Below are positions 29,638 through 39,385 of a DNA stretch of 64,000 nt, piece after piece. The stretch is taken from assembly GCA_963796275.1 (NCBI GenBank), contig CAWCKY010000003.1, positions 1,376,001-1,440,000 on the forward strand, given 5' to 3'. The notes below the pieces were generated by a model. The model did not search any database. It worked only from the letters and a program-made list of their open reading frames with translations, and was not told the origin of the DNA. Position 1 is the first letter of the stretch; each line of letters starts with the position of its first letter. This stretch comes from an uncultured Acidobacteriota bacterium. Lineage in GTDB: Bacteria; Acidobacteriota; Blastocatellia; RBC074. Position numbers and translations under genes: made by a program.

Positions 29638-30012
29638 ATGGCTAATTTTAACGATTTGAAATCGAAGTATTCTGCTGTTCTGTCTAAGGGGCAGGAGATC
29701 GGTATGACTGTTCAAAATCTTCATATGGAGGGCGAGAAGATTCTCATTCGCGGCGTGGTTCCTACAGATTATGTGAAGAACCAGCTCTGGGATGAAGTCA
29801 AACGCATCGACCCGAGCGTCTCTGACGCGATCATCGATGTCAACGTACAGCCCGGTTTGATCTACAAGGTCGTTTCAGGCGATACGCTATCGAAGATCGC
29901 CAAACGCTTCTATGGTGATTCCGGCGCGTTTCAAAAGATTTTCGAGGCGAACCGCGATCAATTGAATGATCCGAATAAGATAAAAGTCGGCCAGGAGCTT
30001 AGGCTGCCGTAA
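29638..30012 (+). CDS. LysM-domain protein (Kbp/YgaU-like)
   Basis: YKVVSGDTLSKIAKRFYG...IFEANRDQLNDPNKIKVGQELRLP. Confidence 0.88.
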   Translation: MANFNDLKSKYSAVLSKGQEIGMTVQNLHMEGEKILIRGVVPTDYVKNQLWDEVKRIDPSVSDAIIDVNVQPGLIYKVVSGDTLSKIAKRFYGDSGAFQKIFEANRDQLNDPNKIKVGQELRLP

Positions 30013-30025
30013 AGCGATTGATCAT

Positions 30026-30520
30026 ATGGATTGGCTAGCAACAAATGGTGATTCGATGAAGCAGACGAGAGAGCGAGAGGGAATTAACGATATCGATCCG
30101 GGGCAACTTTTCGAGCAATTCGCCAGAGTGCTGAAAGGCGGCATTCTCCGTTCGGTGATCGGCCCGGCTCTGTCCTCACTCGGGACTGATGGTGTGAGGG
30201 AGCAGGTGGCTAACTCGGCGAGTTCGATGAACGAACAGCAGCGTACGGGTTTGGCCAAAACGCTGCTCAACGGCTTTGGCTCGCGTGGAATCGATCTCGG
30301 CCCCATCCTGAAAAGGCTCGGGATCAACCCTTCGGTCGCGGAAAACCCGGGCGAAGCAAATGCGGAAGACCTCGCAAAACTTGCGGCACACGCACACGAA
30401 CACGATCACAGCCTATTCAATAGAGCGATGGAGTTTTACACCGAATATCCGCTTTTGATTCGAACCCTCGGTGCGATCGCCATCGCGTCGATCATCACTT
30501 ACCTGACTCAGGAAGAGTGA
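30026..30520 (+). CDS. Hypothetical protein
   Basis: 164-aa ORF directly after the LysM gene. Confidence 0.65.
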   Translation: MDWLATNGDSMKQTREREGINDIDPGQLFEQFARVLKGGILRSVIGPALSSLGTDGVREQVANSASSMNEQQRTGLAKTLLNGFGSRGIDLGPILKRLGINPSVAENPGEANAEDLAKLAAHAHEHDHSLFNRAMEFYTEYPLLIRTLGAIAIASIITYLTQEE

Positions 30521-30524
30521 AAGC

Positions 30525-30587
30525 CAGTTTTCAGTTTTCAGTTCGCTGTACCTCGGTCTGTGGACAGCGAACGGAAACTGAAAACTG
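30525..30587. repeat. AGTTTTC-family palindrome between convergent genes
   Basis: cagttttcagttttcagttcgctgt ... acagcgaacggaaactgaaaactg. Confidence 0.8.
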
Positions 30588-30593
30588 ATCACG

Positions 30594-31643
30594 CTACGGC
30601 ATCGAGATTATGAGGTCTCGTCCGAAACTGAACTGCACGCGTTTGCGAGTGCGCATCGCTTTCGAGGCAGTCTGGGATAATGCTGTGACGAGGATCGGCA
30701 TGGCGATAGTGGCGTCGCATCGCACTGTCACCGAGCGGGCATTTCTGGCGAGCCGGCCGAATGCCTGAGCCTGATCGAATTCAGCGCCCGAATATCCGCC
30801 GTAATCAGCGGTATCGGTGACTATCTGCACGGCGTATTTGTGGCCGCGCACCGTATTATGCAGCATCGCTGCAGCCGTTTCGCTCTGCTGAATGAAGGTC
30901 TTGGTCGTGCCGCCGCCGAAGTAAACGACACCGGTCGAGCGAGACTTGGCCACTATCTGAGCCATCTCCACGACATCCTGAATGACATCGAACTGGAATT
31001 GATTCTTCTTCTCGATACGGCTGATGCCGATGGCGACGCCGAAGGCGCTGTCGGTGATCGCCGGGCAGAATATCGGGACGCGCGATTTGAAGGCTGACGT
31101 CAGAATGCCGTCTTCTGTTGCGATTTCGCTCAGTTCCCGCCCGAGCAGATGAAGGAACTCGCGCGTGGAGTAAGGATGAGCATTGTCGAGTTGAGCTGCG
31201 AAGCCGCCGATCCACTCATTGGCTTCGCGGAACTCCTCCTCCGACGCGAATGTATCGTAGATTCGGTCGACCTTTTCTTCGAGCAATTCCAGATCGCTGA
31301 TTTTGGGGTCGCCGATGTAATGATGGCGGCCCAGGGTTTCGTGCAAATCGTGAAAAATATTGGCGCCGCTGGCGACGAGCACATCGATGCAGCGGTTTTT
31401 GATGAGATAAGCGACCAGCCGGCGCATCCCAGCGGGAACGAGCGCGCCGCTCAATCCCATCATCACTACCGCATTTTCCGAGAGCATCTGCAGCCAGAGT
31501 TGATGGGCGATCGCGAGATTACGCCCCTGGAATGAGATGTGCTCCATTTTATCCAGCAGGCCAGGCACGCTGCGATCCCGGTCGATCTGCAGCGGTTGTG
31601 TCGGTTTTGTTAGGTACTTAGCCCCTTTGATTCTTCGCATCAT
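30594..31643 (-). CDS. Deoxyhypusine synthase-like / SpeY homolog with the catalytic Lys replaced by Arg
   Basis: FQGRNL, GLSGALVPAGMR, SGANIFHD, PIFCPAITDS and GGG; the SGA..EAxSWGK motif reads SGAEFDQAQAFGR. Confidence 0.88.
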   Translation of the reverse strand: MMRRIKGAKYLTKPTQPLQIDRDRSVPGLLDKMEHISFQGRNLAIAHQLWLQMLSENAVVMMGLSGALVPAGMRRLVAYLIKNRCIDVLVASGANIFHDLHETLGRHHYIGDPKISDLELLEEKVDRIYDTFASEEEFREANEWIGGFAAQLDNAHPYSTREFLHLLGRELSEIATEDGILTSAFKSRVPIFCPAITDSAFGVAIGISRIEKKNQFQFDVIQDVVEMAQIVAKSRSTGVVYFGGGTTKTFIQQSETAAAMLHNTVRGHKYAVQIVTDTADYGGYSGAEFDQAQAFGRLARNARSVTVRCDATIAMPILVTALSQTASKAMRTRKRVQFSFGRDLIISMP

Positions 31644-31706
31644 TGGTTTCAGTCTCGCCGACCGCAAGAATCTCGATCTCAATTGAACACTTCAAATCTG
31701 AGATCT

Positions 31707-33614
31707 TTATCTCCGCCCATTCGAATCGAGATAGGTATAACCCGTATAATGACTCTCATATTCTTCCATCAGGCGGTTCGACGCTTCTTCGGTCAGATGT
31801 CCTTTCTTGGTCTGTCTCTTGAGTAGAGTGCGGAAGCTGTCCTGTAAAAAATCTTTGTCGTATTTGGCGTAGGAGAGCATATCTCCAACCTGCGAACCGG
31901 GGATGATGCGGCTGATGTGATATTCACCCTCGCCATCGATAATGATGTGAGCCTCGTTGGTCGTCCCAAAAAGGTTGTGAAAATTGCCCATTACCTCCTG
32001 ATATGCGCCGATCAACATCACCGCCAGGTAGTAGGGCTCGCCGTCTTTGAGATCGTGAACTTCCAGAACCTCTTTCACATCATGGAGATCGACGAATTTA
32101 TCAACGACGCCGTCCGAATCGCAGGTGATGTCGACCAATGTCGCAGTGTCGGTCGGCGTTTCGTTGAGCTTATGAATGGGGATGATCGGGAAGAGCTGGT
32201 CGAATGCCCAGTGATCCGGAACGGAGCGGAAGACGGAGAAGTTACAGAGATATTTGGCAGAGAGAAGTTTGCGCAGATCGTCGAATTCTTCAGATTTGAA
32301 CTGCGATTGTTTGGCAAAGTTGTTGGCTTTGTCGCAGACCTCCCAGAAAAGAATCTCGCCTTTCGCCCGTTCCTCGAGGCTGATGAAGCCAAGATCGAAA
32401 AGCGTGAAGAGCTCTTCCTTGTGTTCCAGCGAGTCATGGTAGTACTCCAGGAAGTTCTTCGAGTTCATCGTCTTGTAGAGGTCGTAGAGCTCGATGACGA
32501 CCGGCGGATCGTCATCGGAGACCGTGATGTTCTTGATCCCCTGAACCGTTTCGATCTCGTCGATCAGATTGATGATGAGCATCGCATGATAGGCGACCAG
32601 TATCCGGCCCGATTCGGTGATGACATTAGGTTCCGAGACGTTCTCCTCTTCGCAGACGCTCTTGATCGTATATATGACGTCATTGGCGAACTCTTGCATG
32701 GTGTAGTTCGCCGACGATTCGAAGCTGGTCTTGCTTCCGTCGTAATCGACCCCGGCGCCGCCGCCGACGTTGAGGTGATCGACGTCGATGCCCATCTTGC
32801 GGATCTTGGCGTAGACGCGCGCGGCTTCCTTGACGCCGGCCTTGACGCGCTTGATCTGCGTGATCTGCGATCCGATATGAAAATGCAGTACGCGCAGGGC
32901 ATCGATCATGCCGGCATCGCGCAGCATCTTGACCGCCTGCAGCAATTCGGATGTGGTGAGCCCGAATTTCGACTGTTCGCCACCGGATTTCTCCCAGCGC
33001 CCCGAGCCGCGCGTATAAAGCCGGACGCGCATTCCGATCATCGGGCGCGTACCACTCGCGCGCGCGCGGTCGATCACCTTGCCCAGTTCGCTCAGTTTTT
33101 CGATGACGATGACGACGTTTTTTCCGGCCTTCGCACCGACGAAGGCGAGATCGATGAAGCTGTCATCCTTGAACCCGTTGCAAACCAGGAGCGAGTCGGG
33201 CGCCTGATCCATTGCGATCGCCGCGTAGAGCTCTGACTTGCTTCCGGCTTCCAGGCCATAGTTATATTTCGTCGCTTCCTCCAGGTAGGCTTCAATCACC
33301 TGCCGCCTTTGATTGACCTTCATGGGGAAGACGGCCCGGTGTTCGCCTTTATATTCGAATTCCTTCATCGCCGCGCGGAAAGACTGATTCATCTTGCGAA
33401 CCTGGCCGGCGAAGATTTGCGGAAATCGTAATTGGATCGGAAGCTTGACGCGTTTGGAGATGAGCTCATCCAGTAGCTTCTTGACATCGACGCTTCTCGG
33501 GTCGCCTTCAGCAGGATGGACGATCAAATGGCCTTGTGAATTGATGCCATAATATCCGGCTCCCCAGTTCTCGATGCCGTAGGTTTGTGCAACCTCAGCG
33601 ATGGCTGATTTCAT
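31707..33614 (-). CDS. speA: Biosynthetic arginine decarboxylase
   Basis: YGIENWGAGY, PMKVNQ (PLP Lys), EAGSKSE, HFHIGSQI, DITCDSDG and GAYQEVMGNFHNLFG. Confidence 0.96.
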   Translation of the reverse strand: MKSAIAEVAQTYGIENWGAGYYGINSQGHLIVHPAEGDPRSVDVKKLLDELISKRVKLPIQLRFPQIFAGQVRKMNQSFRAAMKEFEYKGEHRAVFPMKVNQRRQVIEAYLEEATKYNYGLEAGSKSELYAAIAMDQAPDSLLVCNGFKDDSFIDLAFVGAKAGKNVVIVIEKLSELGKVIDRARASGTRPMIGMRVRLYTRGSGRWEKSGGEQSKFGLTTSELLQAVKMLRDAGMIDALRVLHFHIGSQITQIKRVKAGVKEAARVYAKIRKMGIDVDHLNVGGGAGVDYDGSKTSFESSANYTMQEFANDVIYTIKSVCEEENVSEPNVITESGRILVAYHAMLIINLIDEIETVQGIKNITVSDDDPPVVIELYDLYKTMNSKNFLEYYHDSLEHKEELFTLFDLGFISLEERAKGEILFWEVCDKANNFAKQSQFKSEEFDDLRKLLSAKYLCNFSVFRSVPDHWAFDQLFPIIPIHKLNETPTDTATLVDITCDSDGVVDKFVDLHDVKEVLEVHDLKDGEPYYLAVMLIGAYQEVMGNFHNLFGTTNEAHIIIDGEGEYHISRIIPGSQVGDMLSYAKYDKDFLQDSFRTLLKRQTKKGHLTEEASNRLMEEYESHYTGYTYLDSNGRR

Positions 33615-33791
33615 TTTTAATCGTTTCTTGACCTCCCTTGAATGCAATTTCTATATGATGAAAAATGAACCATCCATTGAATAGATATGAGGCGTTATGG
33701 AGGACACCGATCTATTTACCCTAACCTCGACCGAGCAGACCTTCTCCGCTGAATCTGCCTACGAAATCTATAGTTATCTAATGAGAGGCGG

Positions 33792-33820
33792 ACTGTATCA
33801 AATTGGCGGATTGCTGTCAA
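33792..33820 (-). promoter_or_regulatory. Sigma70 promoter of speA
   Basis: TTGACA-N17-TACAGT on the minus strand, giving a ~170-nt leader. Confidence 0.6.
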
Positions 33821-34059
33821 AAACTATTTTTTTAGGGGTAAAGAGCCGAGATTGATGGCAAAAGAGGGAATGAATCAAGCGCTTTCCGTAATGAAGGAGG
33901 CAAGGCGCAATAGGTTCGTTTCAAAGAGTTATGTATCTCCGTTCGGAGCGGCGCATGAATTCACGGGAATTCATGCGTCGCTGCCTGAGGTGATGGCACA
34001 GGCTGAAACTACGAGTGGCCCGTTCTCCGGCCGCTATCGCATTTTTGGTTCCCATCCGC

Positions 34060-35763
34060 TTACAAATTTTGTCGCTTGAATTCATCGGCAATATGATCGC
34101 AAGCGCGTGCGGTGATCGCCATCATCGTCAGGGTCGGGTTCTGACAACCCTGCGACACGAAACACGCGCCGTCGGTCACGAAGACGTTCTTCACATCCCA
34201 CGACTGGTTCCATTTGTTGAGGACCGACGTCTTCGGGTCATCGCCCATGCGCGCGGTGCCGACCTCGTGGATGCAGAAGCCCGGAGGCGCCGCCTTGTCA
34301 TTCGCATAGAGCGTTCGGAATCCGGCTGCGTCAACCATCTCACGGATCGTCAATAGCGCGTCCTTAGCCATCGCCGCCTCGTTTTCACCGTGTGTGCATT
34401 CGATATGGAGGACGGGGATGCCCCAGGCATCGACCTTATTCTGATCGATAACGACGCGGTTCTCTTGGCGCGGCAGCATTTCGCACCAGGCTCCGAGCCC
34501 GAAACCGATCTCGTTAGGAAATTCGCGGACGAACTTTTTGAACTCGGCCCCGAACCCCGGCTGGAGTTTCGCCTGGGCGAACGTATATCCCATCCTGACG
34601 CTTCCCTGCATCCCGTAGCCGCGCATAAAATCGGGGTGCTTTTCCTTGATATTGCGAAAGCGCGGTATATAGATGCCGTTGGCCCGGCCGTCGGAGAAAT
34701 CGTACTTCATCCCCTGCAGCTCGGGCACATAGCCCGATGCGCTGATCTGGAACATATGATCCATCAAGTAATTGCCGAGCACGCCCGATGAATTCCCCAG
34801 GCCATGCGGGTATTGCCGCGATTTCGAATTGAGCAATATCCGCGTCGATTCGAGCGTGGAGGCGCAGAGGACAATCACTTTCCCGAACTCTTCATAGTCC
34901 TCTCTCGTCACCTGATTGACGATGCGCACGCCTTTTGCTTTCCCGGTGTTTGCGTCCACGATGATCTCGCGCACTACCGCATTGGGACGCAAGGTCATCC
35001 TCCCCGTCTTGGCTGCCGCGGGAAGCGTTGAACCGTTGCTGCTGAAATATGAATGCGTATCGCAGCCGCGGTCGCAATGGCCGCAGTAATGGCACGCGGC
35101 GCGGCCTTGATGGGGTTTGGTCAGGATCGCCGCCCGCCCGATGATCACGTTGCGGTCTTTCCAACGGCCCTCGACGGCTTTCTTCAATGTCTTTTCGCCG
35201 CACGTCATAGCCATGGGCGGCAGGAAATTGCTGTCGGGAAGCTGGGGCAGTTTTTCATATGATCCGCTGATGCCTGCGAAATCTTCAACTTTAGCATAGT
35301 ACGGTTCGAGGTCTGCGTAACTGATCGGCCAGTCTTTATCGTATCCATCGCGGCTGGCGGCTTTGAAGTCGTATTCGCTCAGACGGTAGGATTGCCGGCC
35401 CCAGGTGAGCGACCGCCCCCCGACCTGCCGCCCGCGAATCCACCAGAAAGGCTTGTCGTCGGGAGTGGTATAGGGGTTGTCGATGTCGTCGACGAATAGA
35501 TGCGCGCCATATTCATTGCAGGCATAACACCGGGATTGTATCGGCTGGCGCGGCGCGTAGAAACTGCCGGGGCTGATCCCGCGGTATTTCAGCTCGTAAG
35601 GCCACGTCATCATCCGGTAGTCTTTGTCCGGATCGATCTGCCTGCCCGCTTCGAGCACGAGCACCGACATCCCTCTCTCGGTGAGTACCTTGGCGGCCCA
35701 CCCGCCCGTGGCTCCCGATCCGACGACGATAGCATCGTAAATTCTGCGTCTGGACCTTTGCAT
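34060..35763 (-). CDS. GMC-family FAD oxidoreductase (sugar dehydrogenase type)
   Basis: [33 protein letters not shown] and QNPTLTMMA. Confidence 0.92.
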   Translation of the reverse strand: MQRSRRRIYDAIVVGSGATGGWAAKVLTERGMSVLVLEAGRQIDPDKDYRMMTWPYELKYRGISPGSFYAPRQPIQSRCYACNEYGAHLFVDDIDNPYTTPDDKPFWWIRGRQVGGRSLTWGRQSYRLSEYDFKAASRDGYDKDWPISYADLEPYYAKVEDFAGISGSYEKLPQLPDSNFLPPMAMTCGEKTLKKAVEGRWKDRNVIIGRAAILTKPHQGRAACHYCGHCDRGCDTHSYFSSNGSTLPAAAKTGRMTLRPNAVVREIIVDANTGKAKGVRIVNQVTREDYEEFGKVIVLCASTLESTRILLNSKSRQYPHGLGNSSGVLGNYLMDHMFQISASGYVPELQGMKYDFSDGRANGIYIPRFRNIKEKHPDFMRGYGMQGSVRMGYTFAQAKLQPGFGAEFKKFVREFPNEIGFGLGAWCEMLPRQENRVVIDQNKVDAWGIPVLHIECTHGENEAAMAKDALLTIREMVDAAGFRTLYANDKAAPPGFCIHEVGTARMGDDPKTSVLNKWNQSWDVKNVFVTDGACFVSQGCQNPTLTMMAITARACDHIADEFKRQNL

Positions 35764-36035
35764 TACTGCTCCTCAGAGATTTGCATGGAGTTCCGAGTTC
35801 AGACGTTAACCCCCCCCCGCCCTTTAAACGGTTGAAACTGCCGCCGAAAGGTTGAACTGGTCGCCGAAAGTCTGTACTACATGCGCGTTCTCATCGTTTC
35901 GGAACGTCGCTCATAACCTGAGAGACTCCCTGGATTTTTATGTAGTTGTCAGGACGATTCGCGCTCAATCTAACGTAAGCGCGCGCGACTGTCCATTCAA
36001 AATCGAGGCAAATCACGACAACGTCCTCCCAGCTC

Positions 36036-36064
36036 TTGACTGCCTACTACGATTGTAGTAGGGT
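36036..36064 (+). promoter_or_regulatory. Sigma70 promoter with a BlaI-type operator palindrome
   Basis: TTGACT-N17-TAGGGT overlapping TACTAC-GATT-GTAGTA (36045-36060), resembling BlaI/MecI TACA..TGTA boxes. Confidence 0.7.
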
Positions 36065-36132
36065 TGGCCTCGGTTGTAGTTGTGGGATGGGCGAAGGAAG
36101 AGGGAACAGGAGCCAGAAAGGAAAGAGTAGCG

Positions 36133-36573
36133 ATGACAAGAAAGCGAACGGTAAAGCTGACCAGGTTCGAGATGGAGATCATGGATGCGCTCTGGGATCT
36201 GGGCAGCGCATCGATCCGCGAGATTCACGACAAACTGCCGGAGCGTAAGCGTCCGGCCTATACGACGGTGCAGACGATCATCCGCCGTCTCGAGGAGAAG
36301 GGGGCTGTCAGACAGACGAGGCAGATCGGCAATGCGCACATTTTCGAACCGGTGGTGACGCGCGATGCGGCGCACCGGCGATTGATCGACGACCTGCTCG
36401 ATCTTTTCGGAGGTTCAGCGCGCCCGCTCATGGCTCATCTCGCCGAATCAGGGAAGCTCAGCCTGGAAGACCTGCGCGAGCTCGAATCGATACTGGCGCA
36501 GCAGGGCGAGGATGAAGCTGCGGAGAGCGCAAGCGAACCCGCGCGACGCAACAAAGATCGGCGCTCAGGCTAA
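36133..36573 (+). CDS. BlaI/MecI/CopY family repressor
   Basis: LTRFEMEIMDALW, AYTTVQTIIRRLEEKG and LFGGS. Confidence 0.93.
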   Translation: MTRKRTVKLTRFEMEIMDALWDLGSASIREIHDKLPERKRPAYTTVQTIIRRLEEKGAVRQTRQIGNAHIFEPVVTRDAAHRRLIDDLLDLFGGSARPLMAHLAESGKLSLEDLRELESILAQQGEDEAAESASEPARRNKDRRSG

Positions 36574-36585
36574 CCGAGGGAGTAG

Positions 36586-38952
36586 ATGACTATGACGCTC
36601 CATCAAATTTTTTTCGAATGGTCGCAATGGTTCTGGCCTCTGTTGGCCAATCATCTCTGGCAGACTACGCTGCTTGCCTTGATCGCCTGGGTTGTCGTCT
36701 CGTCCCTCAGGCGTGCCACGGCACGCGCCCGCTACGTCATCTGGATGATCGCGTTCCTGAAAATTTTAGCGCCCTCAGCCTTGTTGATAGTCGCGCTCGA
36801 GAGCTCGGGATTCGATCTGGTGGAGCGATCGACTTACACCAGTGTCGAAATATTTTTCCAGATCGCGCAACCAATCTCCCTCGCCGGATCTGATCCGGAA
36901 ACAATCGCCATCGGCGAGTCGATCGTAACAGCTCCACGGTCAGCCCTTGAGGGACATAACGAATTCTATTGTCTGTTGGCGATCAGCTGGTTCTCCGGAG
37001 CGACGGTCTGGTGTTTGCGATGGCTGGGGCTGCGCCGCCGTTTTGTGCGCGCCTTGAAGGCCGGAAGCGAAATCGCAGAAGGGCCTGCGGCGGTGGCGCT
37101 TCAGCGGGCGACGCGGTGGTTATCGCTCACGCGCGCAATCGGCCTGGTCGAGTCGCCGCTGGTCAGGGAGCCCGGAGTTTGGCGCACCTGGCGCCCCGTC
37201 GTGGTTTTGCCGAAAGGGCTCGTCGGTAAGTTGAGCTCGGAAGAATTGGAAGCGGTGATGATGCACGAGCTGATTCATGTTTCACGGTTGGACAATTTAG
37301 TGGGGACGATGCAGATGATCATCTGTTGTCTGTTCTGGTTTCACCCGCTCGTCTGGATGATCGATCGCAGGCTGCTGGCGGAGCGCGAGCTGGTCTGCGA
37401 CGAGGATGTAATTCGATATATTGGTGAGCCGCGCGTTTATGCTGCGGGTTTATGGAAGGTCGCGCAGTTCGGATTGGGGTGGCATCTGGCCGGGGTCTCG
37501 CACGCTGCGGGATCGGACTTAAAACGGAGGATTGAATTAATGTTGGATGGTAAACACAGAACCAAACTTTCAGCGGCCGGCCGCGCGATGGCCGGGTCGG
37601 CAGTCGCCGCACTGCTCGTCGTCGCCTTTGCCCTGGCGATCTTCACGCGCGACAAAGTCGCGGCCTCGAAACTTACCGCCCCGCAGGATAACGGACCGGC
37701 CGTGATTTTGCCGATGCAGTTTGAGAATCTGCCCGGCATTCCGCTGATAGTCACTGCGCTGCAGGCTTCTCTCAGCGAAGCGAGACCCGTGAAATTCCCG
37801 GGCACAACTTCAGATGGGCAGATCGTCGATCTGACTCGCAAAGACGAGATGGAACGGGATCTGAATCTGACCGTGCAAGTGTTGAACCAGGGTGATCGCA
37901 CTGTTTCCGGAGTGGCGATACAGATTGAAAACCAATCATACAATGCTGGAAACCGAGTAATGGTCTTCTCGACTGCATTGCCGAAGGACGACGCGGGACA
38001 GACCGTAATCGATATCGAACCGCATCAAACGTTCACATTCAAACAAATAGAAAGAGTTATGGAGAGGAGTGATGGGGTGGAATTGATGAGTTCGATCAAC
38101 GATTTCCGGTTCAAGATACTCGGTGTCATGCTAGAACCCGATAAGAGTTGGATTTGGGCGAAAGACGCCATAGAGTCGATGGGGAGATCCTTGAACGATG
38201 AAGCTTTCTACGCTGATCTCGACAAAGCTGTTCGTCAGTGGGAGAGCCTGACGCGTGATATCCGCGAAGGTGAAGGGACGATCAAAAAAGAGGTCAAGAA
38301 ATCCGCCCAGGAAAAAAGGGAGGGCGCTGTCATCGAACCGATGAGCGCGAATTTGAGACCGACGATCCTCTACAAAGAGAGAGCTAGGTACACCGATCTG
38401 GCTCGCCAGAACGAAATTCAGGGCACCGTGGTGCTAAATGTTGTCTTCGGTGCCGATGGAAGGATGACGGAAATTCGGATCGTTCGCGGATTGCCTGATG
38501 GATTGACCGAGCAGGCCATTACAGCCTCGCAGGCAATTCGCTTTGAGCCCGCTGTTAAGGATGGCCGCAGGGTCAGTGTGCGCGGCAACCTGGAATTCAG
38601 CTTCAATCTGGACAAATCCGCCAGCGCATCGATATCAAACCGGAACGAATCCGAAACATCTGATGGGATTCATCCTATGTCGGTTACGATGCGACCGACG
38701 ATATTATATAAAGAGAAGGCTGGATACACGGAAGAGGCCAGACAGAAAAAGATAGAGGGAGTCGTCGTCCTTAACGCAATCTTCGGCGCTGACGGCAAGA
38801 TCAGTAACATCGAGGTCAAGCGCGGCTTGCCTTATGGGTTATCAGAGCAAGCCATAGCGGCTGCGCAAGCGATTCGTTTTGGGCCCGCGTTGAAGGACGG
38901 GAAACCGGTAAGCGTCAGGGGGAACCTGGAGTTCAAATTTAATCTATATTGA
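36586..38952 (+). CDS. BlaR1-like M56 peptidase fused to a periplasmic domain and two TonB C-terminal domains
   Basis: HELIH, WFHPLVW and ERELVCD; two repeats of RPTILYKE...QGTVVL...GLxEQA...RFxPA. Confidence 0.9.
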   Translation: MTMTLHQIFFEWSQWFWPLLANHLWQTTLLALIAWVVVSSLRRATARARYVIWMIAFLKILAPSALLIVALESSGFDLVERSTYTSVEIFFQIAQPISLAGSDPETIAIGESIVTAPRSALEGHNEFYCLLAISWFSGATVWCLRWLGLRRRFVRALKAGSEIAEGPAAVALQRATRWLSLTRAIGLVESPLVREPGVWRTWRPVVVLPKGLVGKLSSEELEAVMMHELIHVSRLDNLVGTMQMIICCLFWFHPLVWMIDRRLLAERELVCDEDVIRYIGEPRVYAAGLWKVAQFGLGWHLAGVSHAAGSDLKRRIELMLDGKHRTKLSAAGRAMAGSAVAALLVVAFALAIFTRDKVAASKLTAPQDNGPAVILPMQFENLPGIPLIVTALQASLSEARPVKFPGTTSDGQIVDLTRKDEMERDLNLTVQVLNQGDRTVSGVAIQIENQSYNAGNRVMVFSTALPKDDAGQTVIDIEPHQTFTFKQIERVMERSDGVELMSSINDFRFKILGVMLEPDKSWIWAKDAIESMGRSLNDEAFYADLDKAVRQWESLTRDIREGEGTIKKEVKKSAQEKREGAVIEPMSANLRPTILYKERARYTDLARQNEIQGTVVLNVVFGADGRMTEIRIVRGLPDGLTEQAITASQAIRFEPAVKDGRRVSVRGNLEFSFNLDKSASASISNRNESETSDGIHPMSVTMRPTILYKEKAGYTEEARQKKIEGVVVLNAIFGADGKISNIEVKRGLPYGLSEQAIAAAQAIRFGPALKDGKPVSVRGNLEFKFNLY

Positions 38953-38976
38953 CCTCCTCTGTATTCGCATGTTGTG

Positions 38977-39100
38977 CCGCCTTCAGGCGAGTTAGCTCTG
39001 ACCGCCTGAAGGCGAGCAGGAAATCGTTTGGAGTTCCACGTTTACGCGGTCTTTTTCTTTTCGCATGCTTCCTGACCGGCTGAAGGCGTAACTCCAAACG
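38977..39100. repeat. REP-like cluster (CCGCCTTCAGGCG / TTTGGAGTTCC family)
   Basis: Two inverted doublets homologous to 2127-2202. Confidence 0.8.
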
Positions 39101-39385
39101 CGATCTCCACGCGCTTGGAGACATCGATTTGCCTCATTTTTGACTTAACAATAGACTTAACAATAATTGAGTACTCTGTAACTGCTCTTCCCGATTACCT
39201 CGCTGCTCAATGTAGCCGCTCGCTAATTTTCAGGTTTCGGTCTGCCGATCGGGAACCCCCGCTGAAATCTGAAAACTTTCATCAATCATTTGACTCAATC
39301 CAAGGCAGTTCAATCCTCAAAGGACCATCGAAAGTGCTATAATCCTTAGGCCCAAATTGGGTTCAAGAGGTGTGAAATTATTGGT

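Noticed and set aside
31917-33236. 439-aa plus-strand ORF
   Set aside because: Antisense shadow of speA caused by codon bias; no motifs. The same applies to most short overlapping ORFs in the track
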